Of a stretch of 41,736 bases of DNA, positions 20,947-29,471 are shown piece by piece. The stretch is from the IMG/VR virus record IMGVR_UViG_3300045988_047176. The stretch is one strand, 5' to 3'. Made by a program: the position numbers and the translations under genes. Below the pieces are notes generated by a model. That model did no database searches, had not been told where the DNA came from, and worked only from the letters and a program-made list of their open reading frames with translations. The DNA comes from a virus. Position 1 is the stretch's first letter. The number at the start of each line of letters is the position of its first letter.

Positions 20947-21779
20947 AGGCTTACAAGGCAACAGACAAGGACATGAAATGCCGTGGGTTCCAGTATGAGC
21001 TTGGCAAGACGGAGGAGGTTGACGGAGACGCTAAACTCTGCGAAAGAGGTCTCCACGTCTGCGAAATGCCATTGGATGTTCTGGGTTACTACGCGCCCGG
21101 TGATGGCTCCCGGTATTTCGAAGCGGAGCTGGAGGATGTCAGCGATGAGATGCACAGTGATGACACGAAGCGCGTTGGCAAGAAACTGACTTTGAGCGCG
21201 GAGATCGGTATTCCGGGGTTGGTCAAGGCGCAGGTGGAGTACGTGAAAGCGCAGTGTGATTTTGACAATGTTATCAAAAAGGCGAACAGCGAAAAGAAAA
21301 ACCACGCCACCGGCAATAGGGGCGCAGCATCCGCCACCGGCTGGAGGGGCGCAGCATCCGCCACCGGCGAGAGTGGCGCAGCATCCGCCACCGGCAATAG
21401 TGGCGCAGCATCCGCCACCGGCAATAGTGGCGCAGCATCCGCCACCGGCTGGAGTGGCGCAGCATCCGCCACCGGCGAGAGTGGCGCAGCATCCGCCACC
21501 GGCGATAGGGGCGCAGCATCCGCCACCGGCAATAGTGGCGCAGCATCCGCCACCGGCAATAGGGGCGCAGCATCCGCCACCGGCAAATACTGTGTGGCTA
21601 TGACAACCGGATTTTTTGGCCGCGTTATGGGCGATATCGGCAACGCTATTGTCTGCGTAGAGCGTAGTGATAATGGAGATATCGCCGCCATCCTTTCTGG
21701 CATCGTGGATGGTGAAACGCTGAAACCCGGCGTGTGGTACACCGTTAAGAACGGCCAATGGGTGGAGGTACAGGGATGA
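20943..21779 (+). CDS. Nonapeptide-repeat protein (N-terminal Cys-containing domain, 10 x GAASATGxx, C-terminal beta domain)
   Basis: 278 aa. The N-terminus is MKAYKATDKDMKCRGFQYELGKTEE...CERGLHVCEMPLDVLGYY, a domain I recall from phage proteins of unknown function. The repeats follow, and the C-terminus reads ...GETLKPGVWYTVKNGQWVEV. Confidence 0.7.
   Translation: MKAYKATDKDMKCRGFQYELGKTEEVDGDAKLCERGLHVCEMPLDVLGYYAPGDGSRYFEAELEDVSDEMHSDDTKRVGKKLTLSAEIGIPGLVKAQVEYVKAQCDFDNVIKKANSEKKNHATGNRGAASATGWRGAASATGESGAASATGNSGAASATGNSGAASATGWSGAASATGESGAASATGDRGAASATGNSGAASATGNRGAASATGKYCVAMTTGFFGRVMGDIGNAIVCVERSDNGDIAAILSGIVDGETLKPGVWYTVKNGQWVEVQG
21321..21590 (+). repeat. Ten tandem 27-bp units: an invariant 21-nt core plus a variable 6-nt block
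   Basis: The core GGCGCAGCATCCGCCACCGGC is identical in all ten units. The variable blocks, in order, are TGGAGG, GAGAGT, AATAGT, AATAGT, TGGAGT, GAGAGT, GATAGG, AATAGT, AATAGG, AAATAC. A partial unit lies at 21303-21320. Confidence 0.95.
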
Positions 21780-22294
21780 ACCGATTGAAGGAGAGGCGGC
21801 TGGAGCTGGGTCTGACGCAGGAGGCGGTCAGCGGCATTCTGAAGCTGGCAGACGCACGGATGGACGTGAGCATGGTGAGCCGGTTTGAAAACGGCGTGTG
21901 CCTGCCCACGGAGGAAGTCACCGAGGCGCTGGAGGCGGCGCTGCGGGCCGGCAGGGCGTATCTGTTCGGCGAGGACGAGAAAGCCGAATTGCCCATGCGG
22001 ACGGCGGAGACAGAGCGGATCGCCGGTCTGATCCCCAAGGGGCGGAGGAACGCCATCAGCCGGGAAGATCTGGCGGCGGCGCTGCACACCACCGACCGGA
22101 AGATGCGAAAGGCCGTGGCCGAGGCAAAGACGCAGGGCGTGATGATCTGCAACGACGGGGACGGGTACTACCAGAGCGACGAGCTGAGCGACCTGTGGCG
22201 GCAATACAGGCGGGAGACGGCGCGGGCTAAGTCTATCCTAAAGGCGCGGAAGCCTATGCGGGACGTGCTGAAAGCGGCTGGGAGGCTGGTATGA
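21776..22294 (+). CDS. XRE-type HTH protein with a C-terminal winged-helix-like domain
   Basis: The ATG overlaps the upstream stop. 172 aa. The N-terminus is LKERRLELGLTQEAVSGIL...VSRFENG. Confidence 0.55.
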   Translation: MNRLKERRLELGLTQEAVSGILKLADARMDVSMVSRFENGVCLPTEEVTEALEAALRAGRAYLFGEDEKAELPMRTAETERIAGLIPKGRRNAISREDLAAALHTTDRKMRKAVAEAKTQGVMICNDGDGYYQSDELSDLWRQYRRETARAKSILKARKPMRDVLKAAGRLV

Positions 22295-22488
22295 TGCGAG
22301 TTAAAAAGAAAAGATGGGAGCGCAGAGACACCGGCGTTTTGTACATCTGCGATGATTGTGGTGCGGAGTTTGAAGACCCGGCCATGTGTACCTACAAACA
22401 TTACCCGGACGGCGAGTTCGGTGAGGAAATGACAGAATACCAATGCCCGTATTGCGGCAGTGAGTATGTGGGAAAGGCGGAAGAATAA
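22291..22488 (+). CDS. Small zinc-ribbon protein
   Basis: 65 aa with CDDCG ... CPYCG. It is coupled to both neighbouring genes. Confidence 0.5.
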   Translation: MMRVKKKRWERRDTGVLYICDDCGAEFEDPAMCTYKHYPDGEFGEEMTEYQCPYCGSEYVGKAEE

Positions 22489-23132
22489 TGCTGAAATCTT
22501 TTGACGAGTTAATACGGGTGGATGTAAAGCCGTTTTGCGATTTGCGCGACGCAAAGGACGAGAAGGGTAATGTTATCAAGGTCCCTTATTTGAGTTGGGC
22601 AAAGTGCGCCAAGTTGCTCCACGAAAACGGAGCATCCAGCGTGTGGTATGCTCCTCGGCGGTGCCCGGAAACAAATACATACCTGTGGCCGCAGGCCAAA
22701 ATTACTACCAGTAAAGGAAGGATTACAGAATGCTGGTTTGTGTCTGTTGAAATCCACATTGACGATTTGGAGTTTTCCTACGACATGCCTTTGCTGAACG
22801 GATCCCTTGTGGTGTATGAGGACACGCTGAACCAACTCCGCATAAACAACGCGCTGGCGAGAGCTTTCGTTAAGGGCGTTGCCGTTCGCACCGGACTTGG
22901 GTTTGACCTTTGGGCAGAAGGTGACGGAGACGATGGCGAGGACGATTTGAGCCGTCACAGTATCTTTGCCATAAAGGAGAGACTTGAAAGGCTAATCACC
23001 ATGAAAGAACGAAATGGGCTTGACCACAACGACCTGCTTCGGGGACTTGGGATCAACGAAAAACAGCTTGTTCAGTTGATGGGATATTTTGCAAAGCTGG
23101 ACGCGCTTGAAAAGGCTGTGAGTAAGCTATGA
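22488..23132 (+). CDS. Single-strand annealing protein, Sak/DUF1071 (Rad52-like)
   Basis: 214 aa. ...VPYLSWAKCAKLL... and ...RTGLGFDLWAEGDGDD match the YLSWA / GLGL.lY.GeD signature of Sak-type annealing proteins. A YqaJ-type exonuclease follows. Confidence 0.7.
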   Translation: MLKSFDELIRVDVKPFCDLRDAKDEKGNVIKVPYLSWAKCAKLLHENGASSVWYAPRRCPETNTYLWPQAKITTSKGRITECWFVSVEIHIDDLEFSYDMPLLNGSLVVYEDTLNQLRINNALARAFVKGVAVRTGLGFDLWAEGDGDDGEDDLSRHSIFAIKERLERLITMKERNGLDHNDLLRGLGINEKQLVQLMGYFAKLDALEKAVSKL

Positions 23133-23713
23133 TACGAAACCACGACAGAAGCGGTTGGTTTGGCGCAAGCGACACCGCCACCATCATGGGGAACTGGAAT
23201 ACAGATACATTCCGCAGATGGTGGCTGGTGAAGCTGGGTGTTAGAAAAGACAGGTTTGTCACACCGTCAATGCAATGCGGAACGGCTTACGAGCACAAGA
23301 TACTTGATGCGCTGCATGTAAAGACACGAGACAGGCAGATACGCATTCGTTCGCTACGTTTGCGCGTGAACTATGACGGGGAAAGCAGACAACTCATTAC
23401 CGAAGTGAAAACGCATAGCAAACCTGTATTCAAAGTTACGAAAGCGTATTGGCAGCAGTGCCAGGTGGAGATGTTTGCCAGCGGATGCGGGTTGTTCCGA
23501 AAGAGAAAGTTTTGCAGGATTGTGGCATACCGCGTTACAGAAGACGAATTGTTTAATTTTTTTCTGCCAATAGACGAAAACAGGTTGACACAGCACAAGG
23601 TTGATTATGACGCGGATTGGGTCGAGGGGTGTTACCTACCTCGTCTTAGGTATTTGGCAAAATGCCTACGAACAGGGCATTGGCCGCAGGAGGAAGAATT
23701 ATGCAGCAGGTGA
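23129..23713 (+). CDS. YqaJ-like (lambda Exo-fold, PD-(D/E)XK) recombination exonuclease
   Basis: 194 aa with GASDTATIMG, GTAYEHKIL and DGES..LITEVKT motifs. It is coupled to the annealing-protein gene. Confidence 0.7.
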   Translation: MIRNHDRSGWFGASDTATIMGNWNTDTFRRWWLVKLGVRKDRFVTPSMQCGTAYEHKILDALHVKTRDRQIRIRSLRLRVNYDGESRQLITEVKTHSKPVFKVTKAYWQQCQVEMFASGCGLFRKRKFCRIVAYRVTEDELFNFFLPIDENRLTQHKVDYDADWVEGCYLPRLRYLAKCLRTGHWPQEEELCSR

Positions 23714-24240
23714 CAGTCGATGGCGCACGGTGGCAGCAGGACAGTGATGGCGCGTGGCTGGCGCTGCGTGTGAAGTCGCCGCAGACCGCGATGGACGTGT
23801 GCGACGCGCTGAAGCCTGGCAAGGAGTACAACGTGACCATCAAGGGCAAAGGCCGGAGCCTGGATGCCAATGCCTATTGCTGGGTGTTGCTGGACAGGCT
23901 GGCGGCACACTACGGCATCTCCAAGCAAGAGGTGTACCGGCAGGAGATACGGAACATCGGAGGCGTGAGCGAGGTGCTGTGCCTGCGGGAAAAGGCGGCG
24001 GATGCGTTTTGTAAGGGCTGGGAGCGTAACGGCATCGGCTGGATGGCCGACAAGGGCGCAAGCAAGCTAAAGGGCTGCGTGAACGTGACAGTATGGTACG
24101 GAAGCAGCACCTACGACACGGAGCAGATGTCGCGCCTGATAGATGCCGTCGTGGAGGATTGTAAGGCGGTAGGTATTGAGACGATGACGACGGAAGAGCT
24201 GGACGCGCTGGTGAACCGGTGGGGAGAGGTGAGCGTATGA
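23701..24240 (+). CDS. NinB/Orf-family recombination mediator-like protein
   Basis: ATG follows an AGGAGGAAG RBS. 179 aa. ...VTIKGKGRSLDANAYCWVLLDRLA... parallels lambda NinB (...RNRSLDQNRKLWACLGDVS...). Confidence 0.55.
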   Translation: MQQVTVDGARWQQDSDGAWLALRVKSPQTAMDVCDALKPGKEYNVTIKGKGRSLDANAYCWVLLDRLAAHYGISKQEVYRQEIRNIGGVSEVLCLREKAADAFCKGWERNGIGWMADKGASKLKGCVNVTVWYGSSTYDTEQMSRLIDAVVEDCKAVGIETMTTEELDALVNRWGEVSV

Positions 24241-24452
24241 ACAAGCTGCACATACAGCCCTGCTGGACGTGCAAGAAGTGCTACGGCGACTGCAGCTGGT
24301 CGAGGAAAGACCCGGAGCCGGTGCCCGGATGGGACGCTACGCCTACGGTGAAGAAAAAAGGAGGCCGCAAGGCGGGCATCATGCACAGCTACGCCATTCA
24401 CAGCTGCCCGGAATACGAGTGGGACGGGACGGAGGAAGCGTATGAAGAGTAA
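24237..24452 (+). CDS. Small Cys-rich phage protein
   Basis: 71 aa with CWTCKKCYGDCSW ... SCPEYEWD. The start is coupled (ATGA). Confidence 0.5.
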   Translation: MNKLHIQPCWTCKKCYGDCSWSRKDPEPVPGWDATPTVKKKGGRKAGIMHSYAIHSCPEYEWDGTEEAYEE

Positions 24453-24720
24453 GAGATGCTTTTTGTGCGGCAGGAATGACCCAAGCGATCCGTTAGAGAA
24501 GCATCATCTGCTGGGTGGTGCGAACCGCAAGAAGAGCGAGAAATACGGCCTTGTTGTGTACCTGTGCGGCAACAGGTGCCACAGGAACGGAAAGACAGCC
24601 GTACACCGCAGCGGCGAACAAATGCGCAGGCTGCGGCGGTACGGCCAGCTCAAGGCCATGCAGGAGCAGTGCTGGACGGAAGATGACTTTCGAAGAGAAT
24701 TTGGAAAAAGTTACTTATAA
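24442..24720 (+). CDS. HNH-like zinc-finger protein
   Basis: 92 aa with CFLCGR...LEKHHLLGGANRKKSEKYGLVVYLCGNRCHRNGKTAVH. Confidence 0.45.
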   Translation: MKSKRCFLCGRNDPSDPLEKHHLLGGANRKKSEKYGLVVYLCGNRCHRNGKTAVHRSGEQMRRLRRYGQLKAMQEQCWTEDDFRREFGKSYL

Positions 24721-24739
24721 AAGAAGGATGGGAAAAGAA

Positions 24740-25165
24740 ATGAAACGAATTAAGGTGGACATCCCGGCTATTAAGAAGTATATCCGCGAGAACGGTATGA
24801 CGCAGGTTGACGTATGCAGGCGCATCGGACGAAGTTCCAATTTTCTGTGCTCTTGCACAGGAGATATGGCTGACTACACATACGACTTGTTAATTCGGGA
24901 GTTAGGCGCGGAAAATGGTGCATTTCAGAAAAAGGAAAAGGCGGCGCCTCAAGAAGTCAATAGGGGGGGTGAGTTGTATACGTTGGGGCTTGATGTTTCC
25001 CCAGAAAGAGTTGTTTTGCACATGTATTTTCAGGGCACGGAAATATGTAAGGCGGCATCTAAAGTGAAGGGCACGCGGGAGTTGGATTTGATGCAGGCTA
25101 TCTCGTATGCGGCACACATGATGTACAAATTTACAGAACAAAAAGAACTGAACAAGGAGATTTGA
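24740..25165 (+). CDS. HTH-containing hypothetical protein
   Basis: This is the second in-frame ATG after the previous stop; the alternative is 24728. ...IRENGMTQVDVCRRIGRSSNFL... looks like an HTH. The upstream part of track ORF 24515.. overlaps gene 24442..24720. Confidence 0.5.
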   Translation: MKRIKVDIPAIKKYIRENGMTQVDVCRRIGRSSNFLCSCTGDMADYTYDLLIRELGAENGAFQKKEKAAPQEVNRGGELYTLGLDVSPERVVLHMYFQGTEICKAASKVKGTRELDLMQAISYAAHMMYKFTEQKELNKEI

Positions 25166-25166
25166 C

Positions 25167-25562
25167 ATGGTAAACAGAATGATTTTGCAGGGACGGCTTT
25201 GTGCTGACCCGGAGATGCGGAGAACCCAGAATGGTACGGCGGTGTGCAGCTTTCGCGTGGCGTGGAGCGAGACCGTCAAAGACCGGGAGACAAAGCTGTT
25301 TCTGAACTGCGTGGCGTGGCAGGGCACGGCAGAGATGATCTGCAAATACTGGTACAAGGGCAAGGAAATCTTGCTGGAGGGTAAGCTGTCCACCCGCGAA
25401 TACCAGGACAAGAACGGCAATGACCGCAGCGTGACGGAGATGACAGTCGATCGTGTCCACTTCTGCGGCAAGAACGAGGACGCGCAGGGCATGCCTCCCC
25501 GGACGGGCGGCAAGAGCCAGTTCGTGGAGATGGACGAGGATGACAGCGATCTGCCGTTCTAA
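25167..25562 (+). CDS. ssb: Single-stranded DNA-binding protein
   Basis: 131 aa. It has the OB-fold pattern (MILQGRLCADPEMRRTQNGTAVCSFRVAW...FLNCVAWQGTAE...KGKEILLEGKL.TREYQDKNG) and the acidic tail DEDDSDLPF. Confidence 0.9.
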   Translation: MVNRMILQGRLCADPEMRRTQNGTAVCSFRVAWSETVKDRETKLFLNCVAWQGTAEMICKYWYKGKEILLEGKLSTREYQDKNGNDRSVTEMTVDRVHFCGKNEDAQGMPPRTGGKSQFVEMDEDDSDLPF

Positions 25563-25605
25563 AGGGGGTGACGTGAATGGGCAAGATGCAGGAGGAGTGG
25601 GGTCG

Positions 25606-26235
25606 ATGGGCAAGTGCTACGTGAAAGCCTACTATGACTGGATAGAGCAGACAGCGGCGCTGTCCGATGCAGAGCGTGGACGATTGTTTATCGCCATTCT
25701 GGAGTACGCAAGAACAGGCACCCAGCCGGAGTTGGAGGGTGCGGAAAGCATACTGTTTCCGGTGTTCCGGACGATGCTGGACAGGGACGAGGAGCTTTCC
25801 GCTGAACGGGCAAGGAACGGGACAAAAGGCGGCAAGCAAACGCAAGCAAGTTTAAGCAAAATCAAGCAAACCGAAGCAAACGCAAATGACCACAAGCCTA
25901 CTAAGACAAAGAAAGAAGACAAAGACAAAGACAAAGACTTATTCCCACCTGACGGTGGGAGCACGCGCGCGAAGCGCTTTACCCCACCCACACTGGCAGA
26001 GGTTCAGTCCTACGTGGCTGAACGCCATTCGGCGGTAGATCCGCAAGGCTTTATCGACTTCTACGAAGCGAAGGGCTGGATGGTTGGCAAGACCCCCATG
26101 AAAGACTGGAAAGCGGCTTGCCGAAATGCTGAGAAGTGGGAACGGTGGGGATATGCCCCTGCTGCACCTGTCGGCAAAACCGACGGTGCACGTGATGCCT
26201 GGATGGGCAAGTACATCAAGGTGGCGAAGCCATGA
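25606..26235 (+). CDS. Replication-associated protein with a conserved phage C-terminal domain (Phg_2220_C-like)
   Basis: ATG lies 8 nt after GGAGGAG; GTG at 25573 is also possible. The N-terminus is YYDWIEQTAALSDAERGRLFIAILEYA. The C-terminus, FTPPTLAEVQSYVAERH..VDPQGFIDFYEAKGWMVGKTPMKDWKAACRNAEKW, is typical of phage replisome-organiser-type proteins. Confidence 0.5.
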   Translation: MGKCYVKAYYDWIEQTAALSDAERGRLFIAILEYARTGTQPELEGAESILFPVFRTMLDRDEELSAERARNGTKGGKQTQASLSKIKQTEANANDHKPTKTKKEDKDKDKDLFPPDGGSTRAKRFTPPTLAEVQSYVAERHSAVDPQGFIDFYEAKGWMVGKTPMKDWKAACRNAEKWERWGYAPAAPVGKTDGARDAWMGKYIKVAKP

Positions 26236-26447
26236 ACGCGGGTATCTGGAAGATCGCCACGGCGAAGCTGTGCGGACAGTGCATACGGGACATGGAGGAC
26301 GAGTACATCTTCGCCCCCATGTGGCGGCGGACACTGGGCGGCACGTGCGAACGGTGCGGAGAAAACCGCATTGTCCATGAGGTGCAGTACACGATGAACA
26401 AACGAGGGCTGGAGAAAAGAGGGAAACTGAATGGGCCTGATGAGTAA
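26232..26447 (+). CDS. Small zinc-finger protein
   Basis: 71 aa with CGQC ... CERCG. It is coupled to the upstream gene. Confidence 0.45.
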   Translation: MNAGIWKIATAKLCGQCIRDMEDEYIFAPMWRRTLGGTCERCGENRIVHEVQYTMNKRGLEKRGKLNGPDE

Positions 26448-26892
26448 CGATCTGGCGCGGCTGTCCCCGGCGGCACAGAAGCAAATCATGGAGAAGATGC
26501 AGGGCAAAAAGACTCCAAAGAAGAATAAGTACCGGAACGAAAAAACGGTGCGTATCATGCCGAACGGCGAGGAGTATGAGTTTCACAGCAATAAGGAGGC
26601 GAAGCGCTACGATGCGCTGATGCTGCTGCAAGCAAACGGGGAGATACGGGGACTCAAATTACAGGTGCGATACTGCTTGCAAGAGGCGTACACGACGTTT
26701 GATGGCGACCGGGTGAAAAGTATCGACTACATCGCGGACTTCGTGTACGAGCGCAGAACGGCTCCTGACAGCTACGGCCAGCGGTACTGGTTGCCGGTGG
26801 TGGAGGACGTGAAGGGGATGCGTACCCGCGAGTATGCCATGAAAGCAAAGCTGTTCCGCAGTAGATACGGGTTTGCTATCCGGGAGGTGTGA
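26431..26892 (+). CDS. DUF1064-family protein (restriction-endonuclease fold, putative junction resolvase)
   Basis: 153 aa. ...FHSNKEAKRYDALMLLQANGEIRGLKLQVRY.L......IDYIADFVYE....VVEDVKGMRTREYAMKAKLFRSRYG matches the DUF1064 pattern. Confidence 0.65.
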   Translation: MGLMSNDLARLSPAAQKQIMEKMQGKKTPKKNKYRNEKTVRIMPNGEEYEFHSNKEAKRYDALMLLQANGEIRGLKLQVRYCLQEAYTTFDGDRVKSIDYIADFVYERRTAPDSYGQRYWLPVVEDVKGMRTREYAMKAKLFRSRYGFAIREV

Positions 26893-26895
26893 AGC

Positions 26896-27504
26896 GTGAA
26901 ACAACAAATCGCATTGAACGTAGACTGCATGGAGTATATGCGGACGCTTCCGGATAAGGCATTTGATCTTGCCATTGTAGACCCGCCGTATGGAATTAGC
27001 ATTCATGATAGTGGCCGATTGAAAAAATACAATGCCACTGAAACAAGATGGGACGATGCGACTCCGGGTGATGTGTATTTTAGCGAATTAAAAAGATGCA
27101 GCAAAAACCAAATAATATGGGGGGGAAATTATTACGATCTTCCGCCTTGTAGGGGATTTGTTATTTGGGACAAAAAGCAGCCGGAAGATATTTCTTTTGC
27201 ATCTTGCGAATTTGCATGGACTTCTTTCGATACATCTGCGAGAACTTTTTATTACTCGCCGTTGCAAGAAAAGGGGCAAAGAATACATCCAACGCAAAAG
27301 CCCGTGGCATTGTACGAGTGGCTGCTGATTAAGTACGCCAAAGAAGGCTGGCGCATACTGGATACACACTTGGGCAGTGGAAGCAGCAGGATAGCGGCCT
27401 ACAACCTCGGCTTTGAGTTTGTGGGGTGCGAGATCGAACCGACATATTTCCAACTGCAAGAACAGAGGTTTGCGGAACATACGGCGCAGGAAAGGTTGTG
27501 GTGA
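26896..27504 (+). CDS. DNA N6-adenine/N4-cytosine methyltransferase (beta-class, N6_N4_Mtase)
   Basis: GTG start after GGGAGGTG. It has DPPY (IVDPPYGI), HPTQKP and the late SAM-binding motif LDTHLGSGSS, which is the motif order IV then I. Confidence 0.85.
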   Translation: MKQQIALNVDCMEYMRTLPDKAFDLAIVDPPYGISIHDSGRLKKYNATETRWDDATPGDVYFSELKRCSKNQIIWGGNYYDLPPCRGFVIWDKKQPEDISFASCEFAWTSFDTSARTFYYSPLQEKGQRIHPTQKPVALYEWLLIKYAKEGWRILDTHLGSGSSRIAAYNLGFEFVGCEIEPTYFQLQEQRFAEHTAQERLW

Positions 27505-27507
27505 CGC

Positions 27508-27783
27508 ATGGGTAAACAGCATTTGAGCAGGGACGACCGCATCTTTATGCGTGGCAAGCTGCAAGGCACACGGGAGAACATGGACATGGTGGCGATGGTG
27601 CTGATGGACAAATGCGGCTGGCACGTCCAAGAGGAGACAGCGGACAGCCGGGACACGCAGAGCATTGCGTATCTGTATGAGTGCCTGGAGAAACTGGCGG
27701 AGGAGATAAACGAAGGCCGCATCAAGCGGAAGCACATCAAGGACGTGCTGAAGGACGAGTGCGGCGTGGTGTTTGGAGATTGA
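27508..27783 (+). CDS. Hypothetical protein (91 aa)
   Basis: The ORF is tightly packed between the two methyltransferase genes. It has no recognisable motif. Confidence 0.45.
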   Translation: MGKQHLSRDDRIFMRGKLQGTRENMDMVAMVLMDKCGWHVQEETADSRDTQSIAYLYECLEKLAEEINEGRIKRKHIKDVLKDECGVVFGD

Positions 27784-27787
27784 TGGA

Positions 27788-29236
27788 ATGAAAATACTGA
27801 TCGGCGGAAGCCCCTGCACACATTGGAGTATCGCACAGACCAAGAACCGCGAAACCGAGGCCAGCGGCGTCGGATGGGAGTTGTTTCTGAATTACCGCAT
27901 CGCGCGGGACAAGTACCAGCCGGACTATTTCCTGTATGAGAACAACAAGTCCATGTCGCCCGCCATCCGGGCGCAGATCACGGCGGAGCTGGGCGTGGAA
28001 CCCGTGCTTATCAACTCCGCGCTGGTATCGGCGCAGAACCGCCAGCGGCTCTACTGGGTGGGAAAGCGTAACCAGGACGGAACATACAGTCGAGTAGACG
28101 TAGAACAGCCGGAGGACAGGGGCGTTTATCTGCGGGACATTTTGGAAACGGGCCTGCCGCTGCGCGAAAAGGCGTATGCACTTTTGAAAGGACACAGCGC
28201 GACGGCGGAGGACGCCATTGCGCGCAGGGCGCGAAACGCGGCTGCGGAACCAATTACCATTAAGCCACTGACCGAAAAAGAGATGGATTACATGGTGCGC
28301 GATAGCAAGGGGAAATACACAGACAGATGGAGCTATTTGCAAAAACCGGGGCAATCAGATAAGGCACTTTGCCTCACGGCAAATGTCAGCAGGGGCGTTC
28401 CATACAATGTGTGCGCTGAACCCGTCCGCATCGGGACTATCGAAAACGACAGCAAGAACCAAGACCACGACAGCCAGCAATACCGTGTCTATTCGCCGGA
28501 CGGAAAGAGCGTGACGCTTTGCGGCAACGGCGGCGGAGTGGGTGCAAAAACTGGATTGTACGCCGTCCCGTGCTGTATGAGATACGAGAGATCGCCGGAG
28601 GCTAAACGCCTCCGCAAACAGTACGAGGCACACGAAATCAGCCACGGCTACCACGAGTTCTCCGAGCTGCACCCGCGCACAGACGGGAAAAACAATACAT
28701 TATCGACGGTTCTTAAAGATAATCCAATTTGCGAGCCTGTCATAGAAAAGGACGAAAGCGGTCATTATGCCATTTCTATGGCAGACGGCAAGAAATACCC
28801 GGTTTACGAAGTCCGAAACGGTCTTATTACCGTCAAAGACAAACAATATCCTATTAAGCTGGCAGACGATTTCTATATCATTCGCAAGCTGACCGTGCGC
28901 GAATGTATGCGTCTCCAAACGGTGCCGGAAACATACGCTTTCCCCGTGAGTGACAGTCAAGCCTATAAAATGCTGGGCAACGGCTGGACGGTGGAGGTGA
29001 TTGCCCACATTATGAGCCATTTTACCGGGCTGACGGAGGAGCCGGTGGAAGTCCTGCCCATGTACGATGGAATGAGTTGCGGGCATATTGCGCTGGACAA
29101 GCTGGGCGCGAAGATCACCGCCTACTATGCGACCGAGATCGACAAATACGCCGTACAGACCACACAGCACAATTTCCCGGACACCGTGCAGTTGGGCGAC
29201 GCTTTCCAAGTACGAAAAGAGGATTGGGTGCTATGA
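27788..29236 (+). CDS. DNA (cytosine-5) methyltransferase, circularly permuted (motifs IV-X precede motifs I-III)
   Basis: The motifs run in this order: IV GGSPCTHWS, V/VI ...YFLYENN, VIII SAQNRQRLYW, IX TVRECMRLQTVPETY, X KMLGNGWTVEV. The C-terminal 60 aa then carry motif I (LPMYDGMSCGHIAL), motif II (YYATEID) and motif III (LGDAF). The start could be TTG at 27773. Confidence 0.8.
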   Translation: MKILIGGSPCTHWSIAQTKNRETEASGVGWELFLNYRIARDKYQPDYFLYENNKSMSPAIRAQITAELGVEPVLINSALVSAQNRQRLYWVGKRNQDGTYSRVDVEQPEDRGVYLRDILETGLPLREKAYALLKGHSATAEDAIARRARNAAAEPITIKPLTEKEMDYMVRDSKGKYTDRWSYLQKPGQSDKALCLTANVSRGVPYNVCAEPVRIGTIENDSKNQDHDSQQYRVYSPDGKSVTLCGNGGGVGAKTGLYAVPCCMRYERSPEAKRLRKQYEAHEISHGYHEFSELHPRTDGKNNTLSTVLKDNPICEPVIEKDESGHYAISMADGKKYPVYEVRNGLITVKDKQYPIKLADDFYIIRKLTVRECMRLQTVPETYAFPVSDSQAYKMLGNGWTVEVIAHIMSHFTGLTEEPVEVLPMYDGMSCGHIALDKLGAKITAYYATEIDKYAVQTTQHNFPDTVQLGDAFQVRKEDWVL

Positions 29237-29454
29237 CAAGAGATGAGATCGTGACCGCGCTGCGGTGCTGCACAGCAATATATGAGATGTGCAACGATTG
29301 TCCGTACCACCACAAGTATGGGTGTGAGGCACTGATGAAAGCCAACGACAGCCTGAAGGACGCCATTGCACGGCGGGATAAGCAGATAGAGGACATGAAG
29401 CAGGGCATGGCACAGCTGGCAAAGGCTGTGGTGGTGAAGGAGGAGCAGAAATAA
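29233..29454 (+). CDS. Small Cys-rich coiled-coil protein
   Basis: The ATG overlaps the methyltransferase stop (ATGA). 73 aa with CC..........CNDCPYHHKYGC. Confidence 0.45.
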   Translation: MTRDEIVTALRCCTAIYEMCNDCPYHHKYGCEALMKANDSLKDAIARRDKQIEDMKQGMAQLAKAVVVKEEQK

Positions 29455-29471
29455 GCCTTGAGGTTTGCCCG

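Noticed and set aside
21321-21590. The tandem array as a CRISPR-like locus or a DGR variable region.
   Set aside because: The units are 27 bp with only 6-bp variable blocks, lie in frame inside a CDS, and have no cas genes nearby. No reverse transcriptase or template repeat exists anywhere in the window.
20880-22204. Long alternative-frame and antisense ORFs across the repeat gene (20880-21758 minus strand, 21089-22204 minus strand, 21256-21603 + strand, 21274-21573 minus strand).
   Set aside because: They are open only because the 27-bp repeat lacks stops in every frame. Their products are monotonous (GGGCCA.., PVADAAPL.., PPPA..), and they overlap a well-supported + strand gene that has coupled start and stop codons.
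24515-24739. The N-terminal extension of ORF 24515-25165, which would give a 216-aa product.
   Set aside because: The extension overlaps the HNH-like gene 24442-24720 out of frame and is Arg/Ala/Thr-rich. A start at 24740 (or 24728) follows that gene's stop and fits the packing of the operon.
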